Notes under the pieces: generated by a model | Told to the model about the DNA's origin: nothing | Databases searched by the model: none | What the model saw: only the letters and a program-made list of their open reading frames with translations | Shown: piece by piece, positions 41,570 through 54,082 of the stretch | How positions within the stretch are numbered: position 1 is the stretch's first letter | Layout: each line of letters starts with the position of its first letter | Made by a program: the position numbers and the translations under genes | Assembly (NCBI RefSeq): GCF_006345805.1 | Contig: NC_043010.1 | Coordinates: 68,324,001 to 68,388,000 of the forward strand | Source of the DNA: Octopus sinensis | Taxonomy: Eukaryota | DNA: 64,000 nt | Direction: 5' to 3'

Positions 41570-42182
41570 GGCAGTGACTCTCATGGCTTTTGATCTTAAC
41601 TGATTGGAAGTGTTATCATGTACATGTTTTGTCTTGGTATAAAAGATGGGCTACAGCAAATATTCTGCTAAATACCACAGATTTGCTTGTCAGTTGTTTG
41701 ACTTTAACCAGATGAGCACGTCCCTTAGTGGCTGACGATATGTGTATCTCTGATCACGAGCAGAAGAGGGGGAGCTAAGTGTTGAGAGGAATTCCTAGCT
41801 ATGTGTTGAAAGGAATTCGTTATAGTTTGAATAGTTCACCTCTAGACACATGGCTATTTTGTTTATCATCCTTAGACAACACTTATTCAGGGACCTTCTG
41901 AGCAGGATGGGCTACTCGACCTGAAGAAAATTCTGACTGGGCCCCACCTGCAAGGTCATGCGCTGTTTAACTTGGGAACAGTATCAGAAGACATCAAGGA
42001 GAATATACAGGAAATAGGAATAGATTCCCGATTAGAAATGTTATAAAAGTTTTGCCTCCTTGGCAAGGCTAGAATTAGATAATTGAAAAGAACGGATAGC
42101 ATGGTACCGTAGGCTGTAAATAGCAAGCCCGCTACGCAAGCAAGACTGCAGGAGCTACAACAAAACCTATGATAAAGAGATC

Positions 42183-42240
<58 letters not shown>

Positions 42241-42354
42241 TAATAATGATAATGATAAACTACTGTCTGTCTGAGGTCCTTGTTGTGACTTGACAAACAG
42301 TACAAATCCCCGGTAGACACAATATCTTCAATCAACAACCTTACGACGTCTATC

Positions 42355-42391
<37 letters not shown>

Positions 42392-42423
42392 TAATATTAA
42401 TAATAATGATAATATTAATAATG

Positions 42424-42456
<33 letters not shown>

Positions 42457-43330
42457 TAATAATAGTAATAATGATGATGATGATGATGATGATGATATAC
42501 ATTGTTTTGTCTTGGTATAAAATGATGGGCTACAGCAAATATTCTGGTCAATACCACAGATTTGCCTGTCAGTTGTTTGACCTTAACCAGTTGATCATGT
42601 CCCTTAGTGGCTGACGATATGCGCATCTCTGATCACGAGCAGAAGTAGTGGGGGAGCATCATAGCCGTGTGTTGAAAAGAATTCTTGGAGGTTTGGATAA
42701 TTCATCTTTGGAAACATGGGTGGTTTGTTCAACAACCTTAAACAATCCTTATTCAGGGACCTTTTGAGCGGGATGGGCTACTTGACCAGAAGAAAATTCT
42801 AACTGGGCCCCACCTGCAAGGTCATGTGCTGTTTATCTTGATATGAGATCACTATAAAAGATGGGCTACAGCAAATATTCTGCTCAATACCACAGATTTG
42901 CTTGTCAGTTGTTTGACCGTAACCAGTTGAGCATGTCCCTTAGTGGCTGACGATATGTGCATCTCTGATCACGAGCAGAAGTAGTGGGGGAGCATCATAG
43001 CCATGTGTTGAGAGGGATTCTTTTTGGGGTTTGAATAGTTCACCTCTGGAAACATGGGTGGTTCTTTCAACATCCTTAAACAACCCTTATTCAGGGACCG
43101 TTTGAGCGGGATGGGCTACTCAACCTGAAGAAAATTCTAACTGGGCCCCACCTGCAAGGTCATGTGCTGTTTATCTTCATATGAGATCATCATGTCGCGC
43201 ACATATGGTTGTGATGCACGTGCCTGGTGTACCTTTATCAGACGGGTAGTCATGATGGGTATATTGGGCTTCGTATATTTACCACCCCCGTGTCACTTTG
43301 ATGGCATGAACTGCTCTCTCACTCAATATA
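41570..43330 (+). repeat. family E, three partial copies
   Basis: Copies at about 41570-41970, 42497-42853 and 42854-43330; the last ends in (AAT)n. Confidence 0.72.
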
Positions 43331-43332
43331 AA

Positions 43333-43363
<31 letters not shown>

Positions 43364-44611
43364 CTCCCATTTAAGAGATTTCTGTTCATTCTGTGTGTAA
43401 GATATTGCTGTCGACACATGTGGCTAATAGGTAAGTCGGTTCTGGTACGAGACACACAAAGAAGATACGATAAATGGTATAAAGGAAAGACATCCCACGC
43501 AACTAATAATTGTTATAGGAAGGAAAGTCAAGTGTACGGATTCAATTTATGATCTATTTTCGGTTTTCGTCGCTTTGTCTCTCTCTATACTTAGATCTCA
43601 ACTTGCTTTTTGTCTTTATCATTGCCTTCCTCTCCTCTTTTTACTCCTCTTTTCTTTTCTTCGCTTTTTCCCTATTTCTCTCTTTCTCGCTCTCGTCTCT
43701 TCCTTTAATTTTTTTTTATCTATCTCTGTATAGTTTGTATGTGTATAGATACATACACACACACGTATATATATATATATTATACATATACACACATATT
43801 TATATACACATACATATATATATACGTATATATATATATATGTGTGTGTATATATATGCATATATTTATACATACATATGCTTATATATATGTATATATA
43901 TATATACATATACACATATATAAACACATATATACATATATAAACACATATATACATATATAAACACATATATACATATATATACACATATATACATATA
44001 TATACACATATATACATATATATATATATACATATATACATATATATATATACACATATATACATATATATATATATTCACATATATACATATATATATT
44101 CACATATATACATATATATTCACATATATACATATATATATACATATATACACACATATACACACATAGATACACACACACATGTACATGTGTGTGTATT
44201 TATATATGTATACGCACACACTCACTCATACACACACATCATCATATACATACGTCCAGGCCTTGACGTATATTCAATTCCTCTGATAGTATTTCGTTCC
44301 TATCTTCTATTCATGCCCACCCAGTTCTCTCATACCACTTCCTCTTCCGTTCGTCCTTTCAACAGCTCGACTGTCTCTCTCTCTCTCAACAATCGTGGCG
44401 CCCTAAACACTTCACCGCTCGCCCAATTATTCCTCAACAGGCATATGTTGGCCGCTTGCAACACACTGTCAATCCCCCTCAGCTGATGTTTTGCCGTGCA
44501 GGCCCTGATCGATTTCTGCAAACGCTGAAGATAAGCGATGGAACGATCTAGCAAAGAAATGGGCAGCGGATCTTATCTAAGTACCCGATAAAAAAAAAAT
44601 TAAACGTATAT

Positions 44612-44775
44612 AGGCGCAGGAGTGGCTGTGTGGTAAGTAGCTTGTTTACGAACCACATGGTTCCGGGTTCAGTCCCACTGCGTGGCTCCTTGGGCAAGTG
44701 TCTTCTACTATAGCCTCGGGCCGACCAAAGCCTTGTGAGTGGATTTGGTAGACGGAAAGTGAAAGAAGCCCGTCG

Positions 44776-44841
<66 letters not shown>

Positions 44842-44910
44842 TGGTATATATATATATATATATATTGGTATATATATATATATATATATAATATATATAT
44901 ATAATATTGG

Positions 44911-44959
<49 letters not shown>

Positions 44960-44982
44960 TGGTATATATATATATATATTGG

Positions 44983-45037
<55 letters not shown>

Positions 45038-45240
45038 AATGAATGTATGTGTGTGTATATGTTTGTGTGTTTGTGTTTGTCCCCCTAGCATTGCTTGACG
45101 ACCGATGCTGGTGTGTTTACCTCCCCGTTACTTAGCGGTTCGGCAAAAGAATAAGTCCCGGGGTCGAGTTGCTCGATTAAAGGCGGTGCTCCAGCATGGC
45201 CGCAGTCAAATGACTGCAACAAGTAAAAGAGTAAAAGAGA
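44612..45240 (+). mobile_element. SINE family B with expanded internal (TA)n
   Basis: Near-consensus head and tail with about 270 bp of internal TA repeat. Confidence 0.85.
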
Positions 45241-45351
45241 GAGTACTCCAATGCTCTCGAGGTATACGTATCTGTCATTGAATCCCAGTGAGAGAGAGAG
45301 AGGGGGGAGAGAGCCTCTGTGCAGTTGCTTTATGTGCTAGAAATAGAAGCC

Positions 45352-45756
45352 AAGGCGGTGAGATGGCAGAAACGTTAGCAGACCGATCGAAATGCTTAGC
45401 GGTATTTCGTTTGCCGTTCCGTTCTGAGTTCAAATTCTGCCGAGGTCGACTTTGCCTTTCATCCTTTTGGGGTCGATTAAATAAGTACCAGCTACGCATT
45501 GGGGTCGATATAATCGACTTAATCTGATTTTCTGTCCTTGTTTGTCCCCTCTACATTTAGCCCCTTATGGGTAGTAAAGAAATAGGTATTTCATCTGCCG
45601 TTACGTTCTGAGTTCAAATTTCTTTGATTTCATCCTTTTGGGGGTTGATAAATTAAGTGCCAGTTACGCGCTAGGTTCGATATAATCGTCTTAATCCCTT
45701 TGTCTGTTCTTGTTTGTCTCCTCTACATTTGGCCCCTGGTGGGCAAATAAGAAATA
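45352..45756 (+). mobile_element. SINE family A, head plus two tandem units
   Basis: Units start at 45402 and 45586 with the same aaagaaatag|gtatttc junction. Confidence 0.85.
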
Positions 45757-46010
45757 AGAATTAGTAGCCAAGTATTGTTTAAGACACGAAATTTACAAAG
45801 TTGCTTTGAGATCAACAACAGAGCTTTGATCTAGTATCTGATACGGTATTCCTGGACTGCATCAGGTAAATGGTCACTTAGAAAATAGCTACAGACTTCC
45901 GTTTCAGACAATCCTGAAGCATTCTTCGATTTGACTGCTATTCACATCAGTAGGAAAAAATATGGTTTCTAGACTACCGGAAATGATATTTGGCTCAATG
46001 GAACAATGAT

Positions 46011-46537
46011 GGTGGCTGTGTGGTAAGTAGCTTGCTTACCAAGCACATTGTTCCGGGTTCAGTCCCACTGCATGGCACCTTGTGCAAATGTCTTCTACCT
46101 TAGCCTCGGGCCGACCAAAGCCTTGTGAGTGGATTTGATAGACGGAAACTGAAAGAAGCCCGTCGTATGTATGTATGTATGTATGCCAATTTTGTACAAG
46201 ACATTGTAGATCTTTAGCTGGGCTAAAAAGTCACATTCGATCACAGCACCAGTAACAGTTAAACTTCGTGCAATGGCCATGCTCGATAACGAGGGGGCAG
46301 CCATAATGTATGTATGTATGTGTGCGTATATGTTTGTGTGTCGGTGTTTGTCCCCCCAACATCGCTTGACAACCGATGCTGGTGTGTTTACCTCCCCGTA
46401 ACTTAGCGGTTCGGCAAAAGAGACCGATAGAATAAGTACTAGCCTTCCAAAGAATAAGTCCTGGAGTCGATTTGCTCGACTAAAAGGCAGTGCTTCACCA
46501 TGGCCGCAGTCAAATGACTGCAACAAGTAAAAGAGTA
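46011..46537 (+). mobile_element. SINE family B with internal foreign insert
   Basis: Head and tail match family B; a non-repetitive ~120-bp segment sits inside the internal (TATG)n. Confidence 0.8.
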
Positions 46538-47118
46538 TACAATCAAACTTATACACACACACACACACACACATTCATGCATGCAAACAAATACACCCAA
46601 CTCCCTTTAAAGGTATACAAATATATACCTAAACTGCCACATGTCCGACACACCTCCATTACCACCATCACAATCACCAGCACCCGAGAAAGCTGTTATA
46701 TGGGACAATCGTTTCGGGTTAATGGTTTTCCGTATCATGCTCGCGGTTTGCTTTCAACGGTTGAAAAGAATGTCTGAAATTAGCCATTCCAGCGCGTTTA
46801 TGATGAAGGACCACAACGAATTAGAACTGAAAGGTAGTGAAATAGAGACCCTTGTAATGTGTTCTGTTGCGTGTTGGTGAGTACGTTGTGTATGTGTTTG
46901 TTTGTTTGGGTTTGTTTGTGTCTGTGTCTGTGTGTGTGGGGGGGGAGGTATCTTAGATGTAGGCTTTAGAACCGGCCCTAATCCCCTATTTCAAACCAAT
47001 TAATCGCCAATATCTATTGTATAGAGGTTATTGACTTGCATCGGATATTTGGCTAGGTTCACAGCGCAGTATATGATTTGGTCATTGCATATTTGTATAA
47101 ATACAATGCTCTCTCTCT

Positions 47119-47150
<32 letters not shown>

Positions 47151-47175
47151 GTATTTATGTATGTTTGCATGTATG

Positions 47176-47232
<57 letters not shown>

Positions 47233-47246
47233 ATGTGTGTGTGTGT

Positions 47247-48040
47247 GGAGGCACAATGGCCCAGTGGGTAGAGCAGCGGACTCGCAGTCGTAGGATCGCG
47301 GTTTCGATTCCCGGGCGTTGTGTGTGTTTATTGAGCGAAAACACCTAAAAGCTCCACGAGGCTCTGGCAGGGGGTGGTGATCCCTGCTGTACTCTTTCAC
47401 CACTCTTTCTCTCTTTCTTCTGTTGCCTGCTCGCTTAGCCAGCGGGGTGGCGTCGTTCGAAGGCTAAACGTCGAAGGCTACAACATGTGGAGGCGCAATG
47501 GCCCATTGGTTAGGCAGCGGACTCGCGGTCATAGGATCGCGGTTTCGATTCCATACGGGCGTGTGTGAGTGTTTATTGAGCGAAAACACCTAAAGCTCCA
47601 CGAGGCTCCGGCAGGGGATGGTGTTATCCCTGCTGTACTCTTTTCAAACCTCAACTTTCTTCACTGCTATTCACTTCCTGTTGCTGTTGTACCTGTTTGT
47701 CAAGGCCGGTCTGTCCACTCTCTGTGTCGCTGATATCCCCAGAACTACGTTAAAGGTACCGTGTCTGTGGATGCTCGAGCCACTTACCCGTTAATTTTCA
47801 CAGCGAGGAGCTGTTCCGTTGATCGTCACCGGAACCCTCGCGTCGTAACCGACGGAGTGGCTTCCACAACAATGCGAACGCATTGTGACCAGCGATGTGT
47901 AGATAATGCTATATCTATATATATATATAGAGAGAGAGAGAGAAAGAGAGAGGCTCGCAATAGCCCAGTGGTTAGGGTAGCGAACTCGCGGTCGTAGGAT
48001 CGCGGTTTCGATTCCCAGACCTGGCATTGTGAGTGTTAGG
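47247..48040 (+). mobile_element. SINE family C cluster (three copies)
   Basis: Heads at about 47247 (third tail type), 47489 (tail type 1, to about 47870) and 47950 (fragment). Confidence 0.8.
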
Positions 48041-48257
48041 GATCTTTCTAGTGTGATGAATCCCATGTGTGGATTCCTTATGCGTTTAAATGTTATCTGT
48101 ATTTTATGAGTAATACATAGTTTTGGGATTAAATTTCTAACCGCTAGGCCACTGGATGGGAAAATTTCTATTAATTTCCATTTCTCTTCCCTAAGATTAA
48201 TATATTATAATACTTATTAATATTATATATATATATATACACTCACATATAACTATA

Positions 48258-48642
48258 TCTTTATATATAAAAGTGAAGTTGTGTGTCTGTCTCCAACGAT
48301 TTAGATTCCTAACTACTCCCACATTTTGCGGTGCAGTTTAACCAAAACCGGGTATCTTATAGTCGTGATTCATATTGGAGCCCTTCTGTGTATTAGCATG
48401 AGTCTATGATTTAAAAAAAATTTACCATCATTTTTTTTTTCCATTTTAATGCATTTTTTCGCTATTATATAAGGGAAAACTCTCATAAACTGTCTACGAT
48501 GAGTCAAACGATTTAAAAAAAAATATACCATCTTTTTTTCCCATTTTTAATGTTTTTTGCTATTTTTTGGCTATAACTCCCTAAAAATGCTTATATAGTT
48601 ATTTCCCTTACAAACCCGAGCAACGCCGGGCGATACTGCTAG
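48258..48642 (+). mobile_element. non-autonomous Helitron, family 1
   Basis: Colinear with 3363-3748 and has the same termini. Confidence 0.8.
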
Positions 48643-49259
48643 TACATATATAATTGTACTGTATATAATTGTTCCTTCCCGAGCCATGGACTCATAAGGC
48701 CGGTTTCCCGTATTCTGTGATGCATGGACGGGAGACCGGTCTGTTGCTCGTTTACTCGATTTTACCAGTTGAGAGGACTAGAGCAACATGAAATGAAGTG
48801 TTTTGGTCAAGAATACAACACATCACTTGATCTGGGAATAGAAAGAACAATTTAACGCTCATCAGTGTAAATCTGTTACCACTAAGGCATGCGCTTCCAC
48901 AATATTAGATATAAGAAGTCTGTTGTTTTTTTTTTTTATAAGGAATGGACTGATAATGGTCGAATTGTTTTTGATCGTAGTGTTGCATAATCAGTGTTGA
49001 ACTGACCGAATTTAACTATAACGATTATGTATGGAAAAATGGAGACCACCTCCCCCTGTGGGATGAAGTTAAAATAATAGACAGAGAACACCACTGGAAA
49101 ATACGAAAACTGAAAGAAGCAGCACATATGCTAGGACACAACAACCTCCTAAGCAGACCGAGTGCAGATATGAATAGCATATGGGAACCGGTATTAAGGA
49201 AGGATAAGAAACTATCAGATTTATCAGATTTATAAGACCCTAAAATTCAGTCCGTAATT

Positions 49260-49508
49260 GCCCACAGGCATATGGCATAGTGGTTAAGAGCGCAGGCTTC
49301 TAACCAAAAGATTCCGAGTTTGATTCCAAGCAGTGACTTGAATAATAATAATAACAGGTTCGAAATTTCCCTAAGACACCTGATGAAGGCTGGAGGGTAT
49401 ATCAGCCGAAACGCTGTGTTAACATCAAACAAGATGAGGACAAATATCCTTCAAATGTAAACAATGTAAATATTGTAAATAATATACATAATTCCTCATC
49501 TCTTAAAT
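49260..49508 (+). mobile_element. SINE family D with hammerhead at 49375-49420 (ACGU mutated to ACGC)
   Basis: Head gcccacaggcatatggcatagtgg, short (AAT)n, internal deletion, then the hammerhead tail. Confidence 0.85.
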
Positions 49509-50291
49509 GACAACAAAATCAACATAACTAGTTGTATATTGTGTTGGATACAGACCTATGTATAAATTAAAATTTGGATTCACAAGTCTTAAGAATCTGC
49601 GGTATCTTTCATTGCAATCATATATTCTCCTCTTAATAGCAGGCGTCTGACTGAGCTGCTAACAGCGCAATACAGCTCATATAACCAGAACAACATCTCT
49701 GTATTTACATGAAACAGATGCACAGACTTCTTTAAAAGAATGGCCTCAAACTGATTGCTGAAGACTGACTCACCGAGACACCAAAATCACTGGACTGTCT
49801 GTTTATGCCTTGTTTCTTTTCTTTCTTTTGTATCCCACAGCTATAATTGCGTCTAACTCCTACCACTTAGAAAACCACATTCAGTCAAGCCCTTTGTATG
49901 CCTAACCTATCATTTTTTTTCACCATCCCTACTGTGACAGTCTACTCAATCTCGCCCCCCTACACAAAACTGTAGTCTTTTGAAATATCTTCCAAACCCA
50001 CGCGTTATTCTTCTTGTCAACCAACGGCAAACAGAAGCTAATACTGAACGCCCACCTCATAACCACACCTAAGAGATCCTGTAGCCGTCATTAGACATCT
50101 ATTGCTCCACTTATAACTAAAAGCATTTTTTTTTTTTTTTCGTTTTTGGAAATATTTATGATACAACATTGATAAACCTTGCTCTCAAGTACTTCCTACG
50201 ACACAATGCTAGAATATCGAAAGCTTGAATAGGATGTTTCTCGTGCACGTAGGCAAGAATTCAGTCATAGATATTCGGGGGATATCTATGA

Positions 50292-50523
50292 AAGGCGGCG
50301 AGCTGGCAGAAACGTTAGCACACCGGGCGAAATGCGTAGCCGTATTTCGTCTGCCGTAACGTTGCGAGTTCAAATTCCGCCGAGGTCGACTTTGCCTTTC
50401 ATCCTTTCGGGGTCGATTAAATAAGTACCAGTTCCGTACTGGGGTCGATATAATCGACTTAATCTGTTTGTCTGTCATTGTTTGTCCTCTCTGTGTTTAG
50501 CCCCCTGTGGGTAGTAAAGAAAG
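50292..50523 (+). mobile_element. SINE family A, full monomer
   Basis: aaggcggcgagctggcagaaacg...ggtagtaaagaaa; the cleanest copy in the window. Confidence 0.85.
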
Positions 50524-50658
50524 AGATATTTGGGGGAATCTTTGTCTCACGACCATACTGGTTCCTTTTCTCTCGTTCTTCAACCATTCCTACAACAACC
50601 TTAGCTCCAACACCCACTAACTTCTACCTACCACACCTAATTAAATGCAGTCAATACT

Positions 50659-50866
50659 ATATTTACATTATTTACATTTGACGGATACTTGTCCACTTCC
50701 TGTTTGTTGTTAGCACAACGTTTCGGCTGATATACCCTCCTGCCTTCCTCAGTTATTATTATTTATTATTATTATTATTATTATTCAGGTCACTGCCTGG
50801 AATCGAACTGGGAATCTTTTGGTTAGTAGCCCGCGGTCTTAACCACTACGCCATATGTCCGTGGGC
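50659..50866 (-). mobile_element. SINE family D, inverted copy with hammerhead at 50712-50752
   Basis: Minus strand reads gcccacggacatatggcgtagtgg...gttcgattcc...(aat)n-CUGAGGA-A-GGCAG..CAGCC-GAAACGUU; the 5' strand of stem I is deleted. Confidence 0.8.
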
Positions 50867-51190
50867 AGAAAAGAAGAAAAGAAGAAGAAGAAGAAGAAAA
50901 GAAGAAGAACAAGAAGAAGATGGAAAATAATAATAAGAAGAACAAGAACAAGAACAAGAAGAACAGGAAGAAGATGGAAAAGAAGAAGAAGAAGAAGAAG
51001 AAGAAGAAGAAGAAGATGGAGAAGAAGAAGAAGAAGAAGAAGAAGAAAAAGAAGAAGAAGGAAAAGAAGGAAAAGAAGAAGGAAAAGAAGAAAAAGAAGA
51101 AAGAAAAGAAGAAAAAGAAGATGGAAAAGAAGAAGAAGAAGAAGAAGAAGAAGAAGAAGAAGAAGAAGAAGAAGAAGAAGAAGAAGAAGA
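50867..51190 (+). repeat. (GAA)n microsatellite
   Basis: Purine-only tract between the two family D parts. Confidence 0.95.
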
Positions 51191-51373
51191 AACAACATCG
51201 AAAAATAGCCTAGAAATGAGAACCCAGGTTCGAAATTTCCCCAAGACACCTGATGAAGGCTGGAGAGTATATCAGCCGAAACGTTGTGTTAACAACAAAC
51301 AAGGACACATATCCGTCAATTGTAAATAATGTAAATAATGTAAATAATTCCTCATCTCTTAAATATAGAACTG
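51191..51373 (+). mobile_element. family D 3' part
   Basis: aacatcgaaaaata...cctcatctcttaaatatagaactg, preceded by (GAA)n instead of (AAT)n. Confidence 0.8.
51245..51290 (+). ncRNA. minimal type I hammerhead ribozyme, intact core
   Basis: GACAC-CUGAUGA-A-GGCUG(gagagtatat)CAGCC-GAA-ACGU-U-GUGUU; differs from 27109-27154 only in loop II. Confidence 0.8.
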
Positions 51374-51394
51374 CAATCAATACTGTTATTGTTA

Positions 51395-52270
51395 CCCACT
51401 TGTTCTTTCACATCACTCGTGCTTATAACAATATTCCTTTGTTTCTTTCCTACTTGTAATTCTATCTTGATAGTCCCTATCCGCATTGCATCCCTTTTAT
51501 GCACCACATTGTTTCTCCATAATCCGCTCCAGAACTCTTTGGCTTGATTTGCATCAGAAGCAACATTTTCCCCAGTGTCTACTTCTAACGTTCGGAAGAA
51601 TTGCTTCGGATTATTTTTGAACAATCTGCTTCTATCTGTTCACAAGTCGTCTGATCTTCTGGCTTTTAGCCATGGTCCTCTGCTCTATTACTGCTCTATT
51701 ACTGCATCAAACCCGTTCTTCCGTATTTTACATTTCTTATTTCTTCACTTATTGTAACCCCATAATTATGATCATCATTATAATTATAATTATTACTATT
51801 ATATTATTATTATTATTAATTATTATTATTATTATTACTATTACTATTATTACTTGAGATTCATCTTTACCATAAAGTTTGAGGTCATCTAGGAAGTGGT
51901 TGACTTTTTGTTGGCGACTTTTGAATACATACCCAGTCTCTGCTTTCCTCAGAATCAGTCTTAGTGGTATCATGCACAGTACAAAGATCAGCGGGGAGAA
52001 ACAGACCCTCTCCTGATTTCTTTTGTCCCTAAACTTCTATATGCTGTCAGTTCCGTCCTCCACATTGCCATACGTTTTCCAAGCAATCACTCAACATTCG
52101 ATGCAGTACCAGATAGGTTCATACATTCCATAATCCAAGAACGTGGGATCGTATCGTACGCTTTACTATAATCGATCTATGACATGGCTAAGTTGATTTT
52201 CCTCCTCTTGCAGTCACTAAGTACAGTTTTGTCAATCAGGAGTTTGATCTTTGGTACCTCTGTACTTACG
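51395..52270 (-). mobile_element. R4/Dong-type LINE reverse transcriptase fragments
   Basis: FSPLIFVLCMIPL...NHFLDDLKLYGK (RT core) and FKNNPKQFFRTL...FWSGLW (pre-RT region), separated by (AAT)n. Confidence 0.72.
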
Positions 52271-52310
52271 CTTGCAACCCTTCTGCTCATCATCATCAGC
52301 ATCATCATTA

Positions 52311-52427
52311 GTTCAAATTCCACCGGGATCGATAAATTATTAAGTACCAGAGAAACACTGGGTCGATGTTATCGACTAGTCCCCTCTCCCCAAATTTGAG
52401 GCCTTGTTGCCTCCAGTAGAAAGGATT
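52311..52427 (+). mobile_element. SINE family A fragment
   Basis: gttcaaattccaccggg...aagtaccag...aaatttgaggccttg...agtagaaagg followed by (ATT)n. Confidence 0.65.
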
Positions 52428-52443
52428 ATTATTATTATTATTA

Positions 52444-52476
<33 letters not shown>

Positions 52477-52501
52477 CATCATCATTATTATTATTACTTT
52501 T

Positions 52502-52800
52502 GGAGGCGCAATCGCCCAGTGGTTAGGGCAGCGGACTCGCGGGCGGAGGATTGCGGTTTGGATTCCCAGACAGGGCGTTGTGTGTTTTTAACACCTAAAA
52601 GCTCCACGAGGCTCCGACAGGGGTGGTGGCGACTCCTGTTGTACTCTTTCGCCCCAACTTTCACTCTTTCTTCCTGTTTCTTGAGTAACGCTGCGATGGA
52701 CTGGCGTCCCGTCCAGCTGGTGGGAGTGACACATACGCCATAGAAACCGGGAAACCGGGGCCATGAGCCTGGCTAGGCTTGAAAAGGGCGCATAAATAAA
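52502..52800 (+). mobile_element. SINE family C, tail type 2
   Basis: Matches 2736-3038 through to gggcgcataaataaa. Confidence 0.82.
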
Positions 52801-52844
52801 TTATTTTTATTAGTTCAAATTCCACCGAGGTCGACTTTAAATCT

Positions 52845-53140
52845 TGGCTCACGGTCGTGAGGCCATGAGTTCGATTCCTGGCAGCGCGTGGCGTCCTTGC
52901 GCAAGTCACTTTATTTCACGTTGTTCCACTCTACTCGGCTGGCAAAATTCAATTGTACCTGTAATTCAAAGGGCCAGCCTTCGCACGTTCTGTGTCACGC
53001 TGAATCTCCCCGAGAATTGAGTTTAGAGCACACATGTCAGTGAAATGCTCCACTAAAATTGCACGTTGATTTAACGAGCAGGGTGTTTCATTGATTTGGA
53101 TCGACTGGAACCCTCGTCGTCGTAACCGATGGAGTGCCAA
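52845..53140 (+). mobile_element. SINE with CORE-like head and family C type 1 tail
   Basis: gagttcgattcc...ccttgcgcaagtcacttta head joined to tacctgtaattcaaagggccagcc...gtaaccgatggagtg. A more diverged copy lies on the minus strand at about 27283-27560. Confidence 0.65.
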
Positions 53141-53612
53141 TAATACAGATAGGAAACAATATAACCAATCACAGAGAACGGCGTAGTGTAAGTAAGAAAT
53201 AGAAGAGAGAAAAAGAGAGATAAGTGAGAAGGAGAGTGACAGAAAGAGTGAGAAAGAGAAGAGTTAGAGAGAGAGGCAATTCATGTGAGACAGCTTAGTA
53301 AGAGGCTACGTATAGACGGGAATCATTAGTCTTTGTGAAAGATGTGCTAAAATCTAGGTTGATTGACGTTCAAATTTCCTGTTCGTAGGATAAAGCTGCG
53401 TGACTAATAGAGCTATATGCGGCCAGTTTCAGATTTCAACACGTTCGTCAGATCTATGAAGCGAACCGACGACTCGCCAGGCGCAAAAGGGATTCGTACC
53501 TACTAGAACGAGGCACGAATATATATATATATATATATATAAAGAGAGAAAGAGAGAGATAAGATATCCCTCCAAACTCACTTTTGTGTGTGTGTGTGTA
53601 TATACTCTATAC

Positions 53613-53898
53613 TCTTTTACTTGTTTCAGTCATTTGACTGTGACCATGCTGGAGCACTGCCTTTTAGTCGTGCAAATCGACACACCACCATCGGTTGTCA
53701 AGCGATGTTGGAGGACAAACACATACATATATACGACGGGCTTCTTTCAGTTTCCGTCTACCAAATCCACTCACAAGGCTTTGGTCGGCCCGATGTTATT
53801 ATAGAAGACACTTGTCCAAGGTGCCACGCAGTGGGACTGAACTCGGAACCATGTGGTTCGTTAGCAAGCTACTTACCACACAGCCACTCATACGCCTA
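53613..53898 (-). mobile_element. SINE family B, internally deleted
   Basis: Reverse-complement match that lacks part of the 3' body. Confidence 0.8.
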
Positions 53899-54041
53899 TA
53901 CGTATATATATAAAATTAAAAATATTGCATTTATAAATCTCTCAGCACCGCAATAAAATGATGGTTTGTTGCCAACTTAATGTGGCAGTCCCAGGAAAGG
54001 GAAGAATGTTACTACTATTTAGCCCCCAGGAAACACCGTTT

Positions 54042-54082
54042 CCAGACTGATGAAGAGCAATGACTCTGAAACTAGTCTCTGG
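54042..54082 (+). ncRNA. type I hammerhead ribozyme, GUC site
   Basis: CCAGA-CUGAUGA-AGAG(caatga)CUCU-GAA-ACUAGU-C-UCUGG: perfect stems I and II, palindromic stem III, predicted cleavage after C54077. Confidence 0.85.

Noticed and set aside
46641-46880. Plus-strand ORF ending at a gtgagt donor (46858)
   Set aside because: No clear acceptor or recognisable protein; too weak to call without expression data.
53415-53460. Minus-strand CUGACGA...GAAAC
   Set aside because: No credible stem I or stem II.
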